A stretch of DNA of 64,000 bases from positions 1,288,679 through 1,352,678 of the forward strand of contig JBFWJC010000001.1 of NCBI GenBank assembly GCA_050253415.1, read 5' to 3'. The translations under genes and the position numbers were made by a program. This stretch comes from Pedobacter sp. (GTDB lineage: Bacteria > Desulfobacterota > Desulfuromonadia > Desulfuromonadales > Syntrophotaleaceae). Below, one piece after another: positions 1 to 9,285 of this stretch. How positions within the stretch are numbered: position 1 is the first letter of the stretch; every line of letters starts with the position of its first letter. Under the pieces are notes generated by a model that was not told where the DNA came from, searched no databases, and saw only the letters and a program-made list of their open reading frames with translations.

Positions 1-1189
1 CGGCGATGAGGGCCTCGGGTTGCATGCGGGGAACGAAATTGATGTCGATGGCGGTGTTGTTACCGGAAGAGCTCTTCAGCAGTCGGCCTTCCTGTTCCAG
101 ACGCTGGTAAAGCTTTGTGCCGCGCAGCGCAGTGAGCACTCCGACCATGGCGGTGACGATGCCGCTCTCCTGAATGAAGCGGATCTGCTTGTCGAAGATG
201 GTGGCCGGATCGCTGTCAAAACCGACGATGAAGCCGCCATGTACCTGCAGTCCGGCCCGCTGGATGCGTTTGACGGAGGCGAGCAGGTCGCGGTTCTTAT
301 TCTGCACCTTGCCGCTCTCGGTAAGTCCCTCCGAATGTGGCGTTTCGATGCCGATAAAGACCTCCTCGAAACCGGCGCGGACCATCAGATCCATCAACTG
401 CGGGTCATCGGCGAGGTCGATGGACGCTTCAGTATAAAAATAGAAAGGATACTCTTTACCCTCCATCCAGTCGATGATGGCCGGCAGAACCTCGCTCTTC
501 AGCTTTGGCTTGTCGCCGATGAAGTTGTCGTCGACGAAAAAAACGGCTCCTCGCCAGCCCCGGGCATGAAGACTCTCCAGTTCGGCAATGAGCTGGGTCT
601 GGGGTTTGCTGCGCGGTCGGCGGCCAAACAGCGCGGTAATGTCGCAGAACTCACAATCAAAGGGGCAGCCCCGTCCATACTGGATATTCATGGCGGCGTA
701 ATCGTTCATCTCCACAAGGTCCCAGAGGGGCGTGGGTGTTTCCTTGAGCTGCGCCCAGCCTTCGGCGGCATAGAGACGCCGGGGTGCGCCGCGCCGCAGG
801 TCCTCCAGAAACATTGGCAGGGTGATTTCCCCTTCTCCCAGCACCAGATGGTCGACCTCGGGGAAATCGTCATGGCATGAGGTGAACAGGGGACCGCCGG
901 CGACTGTCTTCACCCCCAGGCGCCGGCAACGCTCGATCACCTCCAGCACCGACGGTCGCTGGATGGTCATGGCACTGATGAAGACGTAATCGGCCCAGCG
1001 CAGATCCTCATCGGCAAGGGGACGCACGTTCATGTCGACCAGCTTCTTTTCCCATGGACCGGGCAGCATCGCCGCCACGGTCAAAAGCCCCAGTGGCGGG
1101 AAGCTCGCCTTCCTGTTGATGAATTTCATGGCGTTCCGGAAGCTCCAGAAGGTGTCTGGATAGTGGGGATAGACGAGGAGAATCTTCAT
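1..1189 (-). CDS. B12-binding domain radical SAM protein (DUF4070-type), runs off window at 3' end
   Basis: Not in the ORF track because it has no stop in the window. Manual translation from the ATG at 1189 gives MKILLVYPHYPDTFWSF..FPPLGLLTVAAMLP, the CxxxCxxC motif GRGCPFDCEFC and FFVDDNF. Confidence 0.9.
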   Translation of the reverse strand, partial: MKILLVYPHYPDTFWSFRNAMKFINRKASFPPLGLLTVAAMLPGPWEKKLVDMNVRPLADEDLRWADYVFISAMTIQRPSVLEVIERCRRLGVKTVAGGPLFTSCHDDFPEVDHLVLGEGEITLPMFLEDLRRGAPRRLYAAEGWAQLKETPTPLWDLVEMNDYAAMNIQYGRGCPFDCEFCDITALFGRRPRSKPQTQLIAELESLHARGWRGAVFFVDDNFIGDKPKLKSEVLPAIIDWMEGKEYPFYFYTEASIDLADDPQLMDLMVRAGFEEVFIGIETPHSEGLTESGKVQNKNRDLLASVKRIQRAGLQVHGGFIVGFDSDPATIFDKQIRFIQESGIVTAMVGVLTALRGTKLYQRLEQEGRLLKSSSGNNTAIDINFVPRMQPEALIA

Positions 1190-1464
1190 GTGAACGCTCC
1201 CGTAACATACTTATATTCAGGGGATTGTGCTGTTTAATTATAGAGCAATTTTTGTGGCTTAGTGATTGTCCATGGAAAATTTTTTAAAAGGTCGGGGCTC
1301 GGGAGCCAACCCGGATGTCACCGGACTCCACTGCACAGGTAATGTTCCAATCCCGGGGACACCATACTTAATTCCTCGGGCCCTTCGGGCCTGGCTTGTT
1401 TGGTTTCAATGTGCGCCCGAGTTCCGATTCCAAGTTAAAAAAGTCTATCTGCCGCGTCTGCTGG

Positions 1465-1656
1465 TCATTGCGAAAAAATCAGCAAGCTGTAAGGGCCGAT
1501 GGAAACCGCTCCATGCCATGGAAGGCCGTCGCAGGCACCCGACTCGGCGACGATGTCCGTACTCGGATGGTTCTGGAAATCGTCATTGTAGCCCTGCCAG
1601 TCGCTGTTAAAGCGAAGCTTCCAGGTTCCAGCGGCCGGGAAGCCGATGACGTAGCC
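1465..1656 (-). pseudogene. C-terminal fragment of a GH13 alpha-amylase/glucan-branching-type enzyme
   Basis: Manual translation gives GYVIGFPAAGTWKLRFNSDWQGYNDDFQNHPSTDIVAESGACDGLPWHGAVSIGPYSLLIFSQ*, which resembles the C-terminal beta domain. There is no start, and it abuts the CheB fragment. Confidence 0.65.
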
Positions 1657-2082
1657 TTGATGGCCCGCAGGCCCATAGTGCCGTCCGAGCCCCTGCCGGA
1701 GAGGATGACGCCGATGCTGCGCGCCTGCCGGTACTCGGACAGGGAGCGGAGGAAAAAATCGATGGGAAGGCGCAAGCCGCGGGGCGTCGTCGGCTCGAAC
1801 AGGTGCAGCACGCTGTGCAGAATGGACATTTCCCTGTTAGGGGGGGATGACGTAGACGCAGTCCTGCTTGACCTTCATCCGGTCCCTGACCTGAACAACC
1901 TCCATCCCGGTGGTAAGCTGCAGGAGTTCGGGCATGAATCCCTTGTGCGTCGGGTCGAGATGGTGGACGATGACAAAGGCCATGCCGCTGCCCTCTGGCA
2001 CGTGCCGCAGGAACTGTTCCAGAGCCTCCAGTCCACCGGCGGCGCCGATGCCGACAATGAGAAAAGGGAACCTCTCTTGCAC
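1657..2082 (-). pseudogene. CheB methylesterase domain (N-terminus of a CheB/CheR-type fusion), frameshifted and truncated
   Basis: Motifs IVGIGA-AGGLEAL, VIVHHLDP, YVIPP then (frameshift near the G run at ~1840) LPIDFFLRSL and ILSGRGSDGTMGLRAIK. The Ser of GASAGG is missing. Confidence 0.85.
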
Positions 2083-2353
2083 CGCTGGGCTCTCTTCTGG
2101 AGAAGTCGTGGATCGTTCATTTCCGCTGGTCGCTATTGCTTTCTCATAATTTTAGGTATACCACAAATATTTCTTTGTTTTTCCAAAGGGTATTACGGCC
2201 GCGAGTTCGACGTCATGGCGTTTCGATTCGCCCCGCTGTACTTTTGGCGGTCAAGGGAATCAGCAGGCCCGGCGCGTTGACAAATTATCGGCGAAAGTTA
2301 TATTCAAAACAGTATAAGTCATGATCTCCAACAAGCAGAAACGAGACGGTATC

Positions 2354-2497
2354 ATGTCAAAAATGCATCGTTTTTTGAATTTGTCGGTCTTCAACGGACT
2401 GTTAACCATATTCCAGAGGTGCGCAGCCACGCAGAAACGGGAAAGCACCGGGCAGTATGTCGATTACTCCGTCATCACAACCAAGGCCGTTCAGTAA
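2354..2497 (+). pseudogene. Truncated BON-domain (OsmY-like) lipoprotein
   Basis: MSKMHRFLNLSVFNGLLTIFQRCAATQKRESTGQYVDYSVITTKAVQ*. ESTGQYVDDSVITTKVK is the typical BON start. The stop lies inside the palindrome at 2485-2524. Confidence 0.7.
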
Positions 2498-2524
2498 AAA
2501 TGCGCGCATTTTTACTGAACGGCC
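2485..2524. repeat. Perfect 40-bp palindrome flanked by CAA direct repeats
   Basis: ggccgttcagtaaaaatgcg|cgcatttttactgaacggcc, with caa at 2482-2484 and 2525-2527. Confidence 0.85.
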
Positions 2525-2624
2525 CAAAACGATAGGTTGATACCCGCACATTAGTACCCTGTCCGCAGTTTTTAGAACTGGCCGAAGAGGAAATTTCCTA
2601 TTACTTCACCATGGAGAGACCGAT

Positions 2625-4061
2625 TTGAGAGCACCGGGAGGGAAAAACCTGCTGATCGCCGGCGGCGTTGTCGCCCTGATTGTCATCGCTGCAATCGCCG
2701 CTCTTTTAATATTGGACGTCAACAAGTACAAGTCGAATATCGAATCTGCCACCTCCGACGCGACTGGCCTGGAGATAGGGATACATGGAGAGATGGGGCT
2801 CTCTTTTTTCCCCTTTGGTGTATCGGCCAAGGATATCCATGTCGCCGGCAAGGAGGGCGAAATTATTTCCCTGGAAAACCTCAAACTGGGTGTGGAGTTG
2901 CTGCCCCTGCTGAGGGGGCAACTCAAAGTCACCACTTGCGAGCTTATCAAACCTGCTGTTACCATCGTGAAAGATGCCGGCGGGAAATATAATTTTGCAC
3001 GCTCTGAAAAGAAAATGACTAAAGAGAAGCCGGGAGCAGTCTTCAGCTTGAATGAGCTCAAGCTGTCCCGCGGGGTACTTGTTTATCTGGACAAGAAGAC
3101 AGGCGAAAAAACCGAGTTGAAAGGAATTCATCTGGCGATCAAGGATCTTTCGGTAGCGGATATCTCAGGGGGGATACTAAAGAACATCTCATTCACGGGA
3201 AGCCTGGACTGCAACGTTGTGCAGAGAAAGGACCTCAAGATTGACAACCTCAAGAGTCCGATAAAGGTGGAGAATGGGCTAATCTACCTTACACCCCTTG
3301 CCATGGACATCTTCGGCTCGAAGGGTGAAGGGGATGTTACGGTCGACCTGTCGAGCATCGATCCCGTGTATAAAGTCGATTTGAAGGTTTCGAAGCTGGA
3401 CTTCGCAAAACTTGAGGAGTCCTTCGGCGCAAAAAAGGTCATCGGCGGCAAGGGCGATCTTTATGCCTCCCTGACGATGAAAGGGAAAGGCAAACATCAT
3501 CTGATGAGCAGCATGGACGGTACGTTTTCTCTCCGGGGTGACAATCTCGTCATTTATACGATGGATCTCGACCAGGTTCTCTCATCGTATGAAACGAGCC
3601 AGAAGTTCAACCTCGTCGACCTCGGCGCTTTCTTCATCGCCGGCCCACTCGGCACCGCAGCTCTCAAGGGGTACCATTATGGAGACGTTTACTACCAGAC
3701 TCAGGGAGGACAGGGCGCCATCACCCAGTTCATTTCCCACTGGCAGATCAAGGACGGTGTGGCGGACGCCACGGACTGTGCCCTTGCGACGCGCCATAAT
3801 CGCGTTGCCCTGAAAGGCAAACTCGATCTCGTCAACGAGCGATATGAAAATGTCATAGTGGCGCTTCTGGGTGACAAGGGATGCGAAAAATTCAAACAAG
3901 GCATCAGCGGTCCCTTCAGCAGTCCCCAGATCGGCGCGGTGAGCGCGGTCGAGTCCTTTGCCGGCCCAATCTTCGATCTGTACAGGAAGGCAAAACGCTT
4001 TGTTCTGGGTGGCGAATGCGAGGTCTTTTATGATGGCGCTGTGCAGCAACCCCCAGAATGA
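2625..4061 (+). CDS. AsmA family protein
   Basis: N-terminal TM anchor, DVNKYKSNIESATSDATGLEIGIHG, LLPLLRGQLKV and a beta-rich AsmA-like C-terminus. TTG start with GGAG SD. Confidence 0.8.
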   Translation: MRAPGGKNLLIAGGVVALIVIAAIAALLILDVNKYKSNIESATSDATGLEIGIHGEMGLSFFPFGVSAKDIHVAGKEGEIISLENLKLGVELLPLLRGQLKVTTCELIKPAVTIVKDAGGKYNFARSEKKMTKEKPGAVFSLNELKLSRGVLVYLDKKTGEKTELKGIHLAIKDLSVADISGGILKNISFTGSLDCNVVQRKDLKIDNLKSPIKVENGLIYLTPLAMDIFGSKGEGDVTVDLSSIDPVYKVDLKVSKLDFAKLEESFGAKKVIGGKGDLYASLTMKGKGKHHLMSSMDGTFSLRGDNLVIYTMDLDQVLSSYETSQKFNLVDLGAFFIAGPLGTAALKGYHYGDVYYQTQGGQGAITQFISHWQIKDGVADATDCALATRHNRVALKGKLDLVNERYENVIVALLGDKGCEKFKQGISGPFSSPQIGAVSAVESFAGPIFDLYRKAKRFVLGGECEVFYDGAVQQPPE

Positions 4062-4527
4062 TTCCCTTCTCGTGATCGGCTATGTTTTTGTTGCTCTTTC
4101 CGGAATTGCCTAAGCACAATACCTTCGGTAATGATGAAATTGGTCCTGCATTAAAGGGAATAGTGGAGGTGGACGAGACTTATGTCGGAGGCAATCCTCG
4201 AAAACGTAAAGGAAGGTCAACAAGCACGGTAAGAGGATTAAAAAACAAGCCGTGCTAATGATGGCACAATGCAAAGGCCAGATGCGCATTGCTCCTATAG
4301 AGACAGATGGCTTTGATGTGCTTGCTCCCCTGTTGCGCCAACTTAGCCGTACCCTCAATTACGGCATCAGACCTCTTATCTAAAAAACCTTCCCCTGGCC
4401 TACGGGCATCGAGAACACCCTGTAAGCAGCGACCATCAAACTTACATGAAGCTCTCCATCTCACACCTGAGAAAAGTTCGTGAAAAATCGTCAATCTATT
4501 TTAGGACGCGACAATAGTTTGAAAGTC

Positions 4528-4740
4528 TCAGGATGATTTTCGGCGACGACAGCGTCGAACCCAGCCGATAGCGGCCAGCAGAAGGGCCAAAACCCCGACT
4601 CCTGCATGGAGGGGGGAGGGATCCTGCGGTAGGTTGACAGCTAAAGCAAAACCGTCCTGATTTGCTGCCGCGGATATCGGGTCGAGGGCGGTTAGCAGGC
4701 AGAGTCCGATAATCGGAAAAATAAAACGGAAACGCAACAT
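4528..4740 (-). CDS. Small exported/membrane protein (signal peptide, C-terminal TM, basic tail)
   Basis: MLRFRFIFPIIGLCLLTALDPISAAA...PQDPSPLHAGVGVLALLLAAIGWVRRCRRRKSS, with GGAG upstream of the ATG at 4740. Confidence 0.5.
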   Translation of the reverse strand: MLRFRFIFPIIGLCLLTALDPISAAANQDGFALAVNLPQDPSPLHAGVGVLALLLAAIGWVRRCRRRKSS

Positions 4741-4905
4741 GAAGAGCTCCACGGTTGGATAGTGTCGCCACCGTTGGAATAGGCCTGGTAGTTATTTTGT
4801 CAACCTTCAGACACTCTATAAGCAAGTAGTGTTTACCGCAATGATTTAATTTTGAGAGTGGGGAAGTGGATCTTGTGCCATGGACAGAAGTCATGGTGTT
4901 TTAAA

Positions 4906-4946
4906 AATAACGGGGCGATCTTCCCAAAGAAGATCGCCCCGTTATT
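4906..4946 (-). terminator. Intrinsic terminator of the DMT/wHTH operon
   Basis: 18-bp perfect stem aataacggggcgatcttc/gaagatcgccccgttatt with a T run on the minus strand. Confidence 0.75.
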
Positions 4947-5101
4947 CATTGCGGAACTTTTAAAAATTGCGGCCTGGCAGGCGGGGTTCCATCATCGTGC
5001 CAAAGTTTCCAGGAGAGGAAAAGGAGGTTTTAGCGTATGTCGTTTGCATGGGGAGGACATGCTTTCAAACCTGCCAGGCCGCATTGCAAGGGCGTTAGGG
5101 G

Positions 5102-5383
5102 TTATTTCCAGGAATTGGGCAAATATTTCAGCCGACCCCGACCGAAGTCGGTGATGGTGAAGGTTTCCAGTAACTTGCCGTGCTCGTCAAGATTGACGTC
5201 GGTTTCCTCGATGAGGCCAGAAGCCCGCATGGAGGTCAGATGGTTTTCAAAGCTTTTTACCGAAAATTGACCCTCGTTGCCGTATTCGGCGCGCAGATCT
5301 TTCATCAGATCGTGTACGTTGGCCTCGGTTTTTGTAGCCATGAGGTGCAAAAGGCGAAACCGCAAAGGAAGTTTGATAGCCAT
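5102..5383 (-). CDS. Small winged-helix-like protein, coupled to the DMT permease
   Basis: 93 aa, MAIKLPLRFRLLHLM...LRAEYGNEGQFS...HLTSMRASGLIE...FTITDFGR. Starts 5 nt after the permease stop. Confidence 0.75.
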   Translation of the reverse strand: MAIKLPLRFRLLHLMATKTEANVHDLMKDLRAEYGNEGQFSVKSFENHLTSMRASGLIEETDVNLDEHGKLLETFTITDFGRGRLKYLPNSWK

Positions 5384-5387
5384 ATTC

Positions 5388-6428
5388 TTATGCTCCCTGA
5401 CGCAGGTTAAGAAGTTCTTTAGGATTACATACAACCAGGATACCACCGACGGTAATGATCAGCCCGCCGACCACCAGGTTGGTCGTCAGTTGCAGGTCGG
5501 TCATAAAGTAGCCGAACACGATGCCCCAGATGACGTAGGTGATATTAAGTGCCATGGCGCGGCCAACACCAGTCATGTTGAGGGATTTATACCAGGCCTT
5601 GTAGGAGATGCCGCCGATGACGCCGGCACAGGCAAGAATCCACAGGCTGTTGAAGGTACCGAGGGCCTGGCCAAGCAGGGCCCAGCCAGCTACAAAGGGC
5701 AGTACGCCGACGATCGAAACGATGCAGGATACCGATTGGCGAATGCTGATAGCGATGTCGGGATCAACCATGTCCATGCCGAAGGTGGAGAGAACGCCTT
5801 CGATGCCCCAGCCGAAGCAGGCCAGCAATGCGCAGCCGATGCCGAGGTAGAAATGAGGCATGGTGCCGCCTTCCGGGGGAGTCCAGCCAACGATCAGTGC
5901 GCCGATAACCGACAGAATGATGCCGCCCCAGACCAGCGGGGTGATTTTTTCTTTGAGAAATACGGCAGCCAGGATGGTGCCGACTACCGGGAACATGGCA
6001 GTGATGGACAGAGCGTAGGAGGCGCCGGCAAACTCGATGCCCAGTAGATAGCCACCCATGGCGATAGGACCACCGAAAACAGCGGCGAGGCATACCAGAA
6101 CACCCGGCCATGTTTTCAATGTGCGGAAAATTTCGCTGCCCCGACCCGAGAGGATATTGGAAAGAGTCAGGAAAATACCGGCAAAGCCGTCGTGCATGGC
6201 GGCACCGACCAGGGGGCCGGTAAAAATTGTTGCGCCGCCAGTAAAGGGAGCCATCGCAAACGCGATACCCATGACAATGCCGGCAAAACCCCAGGAGAGC
6301 CCGCCGAACGCCCCCCACAGAAGGCCCGCTTTGGCGTGGCTCATTTTACGTCTGTTACTCAGATCTCTTGCGATAGCCTTCGACGAGGAAGCGCTACCAA
6401 CCGCTTGTGCTGCGACTCCATTAGCCAT
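5388..6428 (-). CDS. DMT/EamA family transporter (LicB choline-permease-like)
   Basis: About 10 TM helices in two EamA repeats (GGPIAMGGY, FPVVGTILAAVFLKEKI, AMALNITYVIWG). GGAGA SD. Confidence 0.8.
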   Translation of the reverse strand: MANGVAAQAVGSASSSKAIARDLSNRRKMSHAKAGLLWGAFGGLSWGFAGIVMGIAFAMAPFTGGATIFTGPLVGAAMHDGFAGIFLTLSNILSGRGSEIFRTLKTWPGVLVCLAAVFGGPIAMGGYLLGIEFAGASYALSITAMFPVVGTILAAVFLKEKITPLVWGGIILSVIGALIVGWTPPEGGTMPHFYLGIGCALLACFGWGIEGVLSTFGMDMVDPDIAISIRQSVSCIVSIVGVLPFVAGWALLGQALGTFNSLWILACAGVIGGISYKAWYKSLNMTGVGRAMALNITYVIWGIVFGYFMTDLQLTTNLVVGGLIITVGGILVVCNPKELLNLRQGA

Positions 6429-7108
6429 AACGATTCTCCAGCTGAAAATAAATTCAAAGTGTTCGAAGGTACGGACCCCTTGTATGTCTGGAAATCAGCC
6501 GTACCCTCTGACGGTGTGGCCCTGTGGACCGAAAACATGCCTCCGGGAATTTCTGGTTTAAGCTCTGATGGTTGTTTTGCTGTCTGAAAAACTGACTTTA
6601 AACAAACTCAAACATTAGATTTTGCACGTCAAATGTTTGGTGCGCATGGACACCAAAGCTTTTATTGGGGTGTTTTGTCGTGAGAAAAAGTCAGTGGCTT
6701 GTATGTGACTATTAAATAACGCAAAACAACCATTGCTTGCTCTGAAGGATCTGCCTCAAGCAGCATTTCCCTGGCTTGGTTTGAATTTTCGAATGTCTCT
6801 TTCTCTCTGATCGACGCGTCAAGTGACGATAAGGTATGTTCGTTTGTGTTGTCAAGTGAATATTTATGTATGGATATGATAGATGTTTGAGGGTTTTTTA
6901 GCCGAATCAAGAAGGTTAGCCTTGAGCTGGAAACCATTTTCGAAGTAGTATATTTTTTCAAGTATTTGAAAATACAATTAAAATACGTATTTTTTTTAAT
7001 TTGCCTGTGAGGATGTTTTACGGTTGTGGGCTTGTGTGTATGGTGACCTTGTGTGTTTGCTGGTGATTGAATATGTTGGTTTTGCTTGGATGCTTGTCGG
7101 TTTCAGGA

Positions 7109-7257
7109 GTGGCTTTTCCTGAACAAACTGTCCATATGGATCGGATTCGGGAGAATGGATGGATTTTTTTTGTGGGGGAGGTTTTTGACTTGCAGTGAAT
7201 AAAAAAACCGCGATATTCCATCGAAATATCACGGTTTGGTCTGACGCTTGGTACCGA
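7109..7257. repeat. Diverged direct repeat, copy A (tRNA-Leu 3' end + terminator + arm; att-like)
   Basis: Aligns to 14050-14195 (gtggcttttcctgaacaaactgtccatat ... aaaaaaccgcgatatt ... gcttggtaccga). Confidence 0.85.
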
Positions 7258-7579
7258 GGACTGTGGCCTCACTGTGACTCTGCACCTGTAAAAGATATGG
7301 TTGTCGGTTTTCCCGTCCTAGCGGCAGGACTCTCAAAGTGGGTATCGCAATGGCAGGCGCCCAGGATTGGAAGGACTTGTCGGTGAATATGGCATTGGGT
7401 ATGCCCGGAGGGGGTACGGTGAATTCCATTTTCGGGAATTCTTTGTTTGCCTCTTTGAGTATTTCTGCGGCCTTCGCGCAGTAAGAGAAGGGTGGTCCCT
7501 CGGAGGCCTGATGGCCCTTTTTTCGGCAGGTTTTGATACATGAGACGTTATGGGTTGGAGCCAGAATATGGTGAAATGG

Positions 7580-8148
7580 CCGCCAGACCTTTTGGTTCTA
7601 AAAAGGGGCGATAGCAAAGAGTTTAAGCTATGTTGCATGGGGTATGAGCTGGGAAGGAACCGCAGCGACCTGGCTGTGGATAATCGATTTGATTACACCG
7701 GAGGAGCCACCAAATGAAAAGCGGCTATGGAGATGATCGAAAACCTTCCATGGGGTGGCGGCATAACCGTCGGCGGGAGAATAGGAGCATGATGTGCCGG
7801 GCTTTGTAATGGGCTTCGCACCCTTCGGGTAACGCCGCCTGCTGCGCTAAAGGCCAAGGGAATGGCCATCGACATGTAAATGACTCGGCACGGGGGCTAC
7901 TGGGGCAGCCAGAAAATTCGCACGCGCGTCAAACAGATTTTCGGTGGGATCAAGATTGCCGTGGTCTGAGGAAAACGCGGTACCGGGGGCTGGAGAAAGT
8001 CGACCATCGGAGCCGAATATTTATTCGCTTTTGGATTCAAAGCCGGCTAGAAGGGACAGGCATTAACGAAACAGGTTGTCATCGATTGAATAATGAAGAT
8101 TTGAAGAGGAAGTAGTTTCTCGGTGCTGGTCTTTCAGTGTCCTGCTAG
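7580..8148 (+). mobile_element. Heavily decayed IS5-family transposase remnant (3' half) with probable right end
   Basis: Pieces across frames: PDLLVLKRGDSKEFKLCCMGYELGRNRSDLAVD, AAMEMIENLP..ITVGG, AID..TRHGGY..SQKIRTRVKQIFG..GLRKTRYRGLEKVD. Terminal tttcagtgtcctgctag at ~8131-8148. Confidence 0.7.
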
Positions 8149-8631
8149 GGGGTGTGTGGCTGTTTTTCATTGCCGCATGCACGAGTTGCATTACTGGAAG
8201 GTTTGATTCTCGGGGTGTAGAGTTCGCTGGCTTGGCCTCCGATGTTGTCGACTGTATCTCGAAGTCTGCGGTGGATGGTCGGTTGCGCTATCGGTGGGGC
8301 GACCAACTGACGCCGGCGGGAAAGCGACCGAAACTTTTGCCAGGTATGGTGCTTATTGGGAATTGACTGAAATCCATGTCCAGAAAAAAATTCGTATTAT
8401 TTAATAAAAATGTATATTTTGTTATGGATATTTTTCTGGAAATACGAATACCATTCGCGAGTATTTCAGTTTTTTTCTGTCTGGCAAGATCGTTCGATTT
8501 AACCTATTTCCTGTTGTCGGATATGCTGCCGAGAGGACTTAGTGTGAGCCGAAAGACAAGGGCACAATCCTGAATAATGAAAAAATTATCCCTATGATCT
8601 TGATAAATTCCTTTGAGGTAAAGGGAATGAA

Positions 8632-9285
8632 ATGATGCAGTTCAAAATTCTCATCATTGAAGACGAACCTCTCATCGCACTGCAAATCAAAAATTTTCTA
8701 TCCAGAAAAGGGTTTGATGTTGTCGGCTGCTGTGAGAGTTTCTATGAAGCTTATGACCTTTTTACGGTGCATCGGCCGGAGATCATTATCAGTGATATCG
8801 GGCTGGGGGATGATGAATCGGGCATAGACATCATCGATAAATTAAGAAAATCCGGTAACTTTGAAGTCCTGTTTCTGACTTCATTCACTGACCAGAACAC
8901 GCTCAAGAAAGCTTTTGCGACTAAACCCTTCTATTACATCACTAAACCCTTCAAGGAAATCGACCTCTATACTGCCGTAATGCTTTGCATCTCAAAGTTG
9001 CAGGAGAGCCACGTCCATAACGACTGGCATTACGACCCCACGAGCAGAACTCTGAAATGCCGTAATGACGTTGTCTTTTTGACCAGGCAGGAACAAGAGC
9101 TTTTTCATCTCTGCTACAGGAACCTTGGTCGGTTTGTCCCGCTGGAAGTTGTCGAGAACGTGCTTTGGAGCGACAAATATGTCAGTGATTCGACCCGGCG
9201 CGGGTTGATTCATAGATTGAAGAAAAAATTAAGCAAGGAAATTTTTGAATACAGTAGCGCTTATGGATGCCGGTTGACTTTATGA
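8632..9285 (+). CDS. Response regulator (REC + winged-helix output)
   Basis: ILIIEDE, IISDIGL (phospho-Asp), FLTS, YITKPF, and a C-terminal LT..EQELF..LIHRLKKKL. Confidence 0.9.
   Translation: MMQFKILIIEDEPLIALQIKNFLSRKGFDVVGCCESFYEAYDLFTVHRPEIIISDIGLGDDESGIDIIDKLRKSGNFEVLFLTSFTDQNTLKKAFATKPFYYITKPFKEIDLYTAVMLCISKLQESHVHNDWHYDPTSRTLKCRNDVVFLTRQEQELFHLCYRNLGRFVPLEVVENVLWSDKYVSDSTRRGLIHRLKKKLSKEIFEYSSAYGCRLTL

Noticed and set aside
20..880. 286-aa + strand ORF
   Set aside because: Antisense shadow of the radical SAM gene on the minus strand.
1396..2280. 294-aa + strand ORF
   Set aside because: Antisense to the CheB and GH13 pseudogene fragments, with no recognisable motifs.
4062..4500. Short ORFs downstream of asmA
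   Set aside because: No recognisable family or convincing start signals. Possibly decayed DNA.
6430..6620. Possible riboswitch in the DMT leader
   Set aside because: One stem is present, but I could not match a known aptamer consensus.
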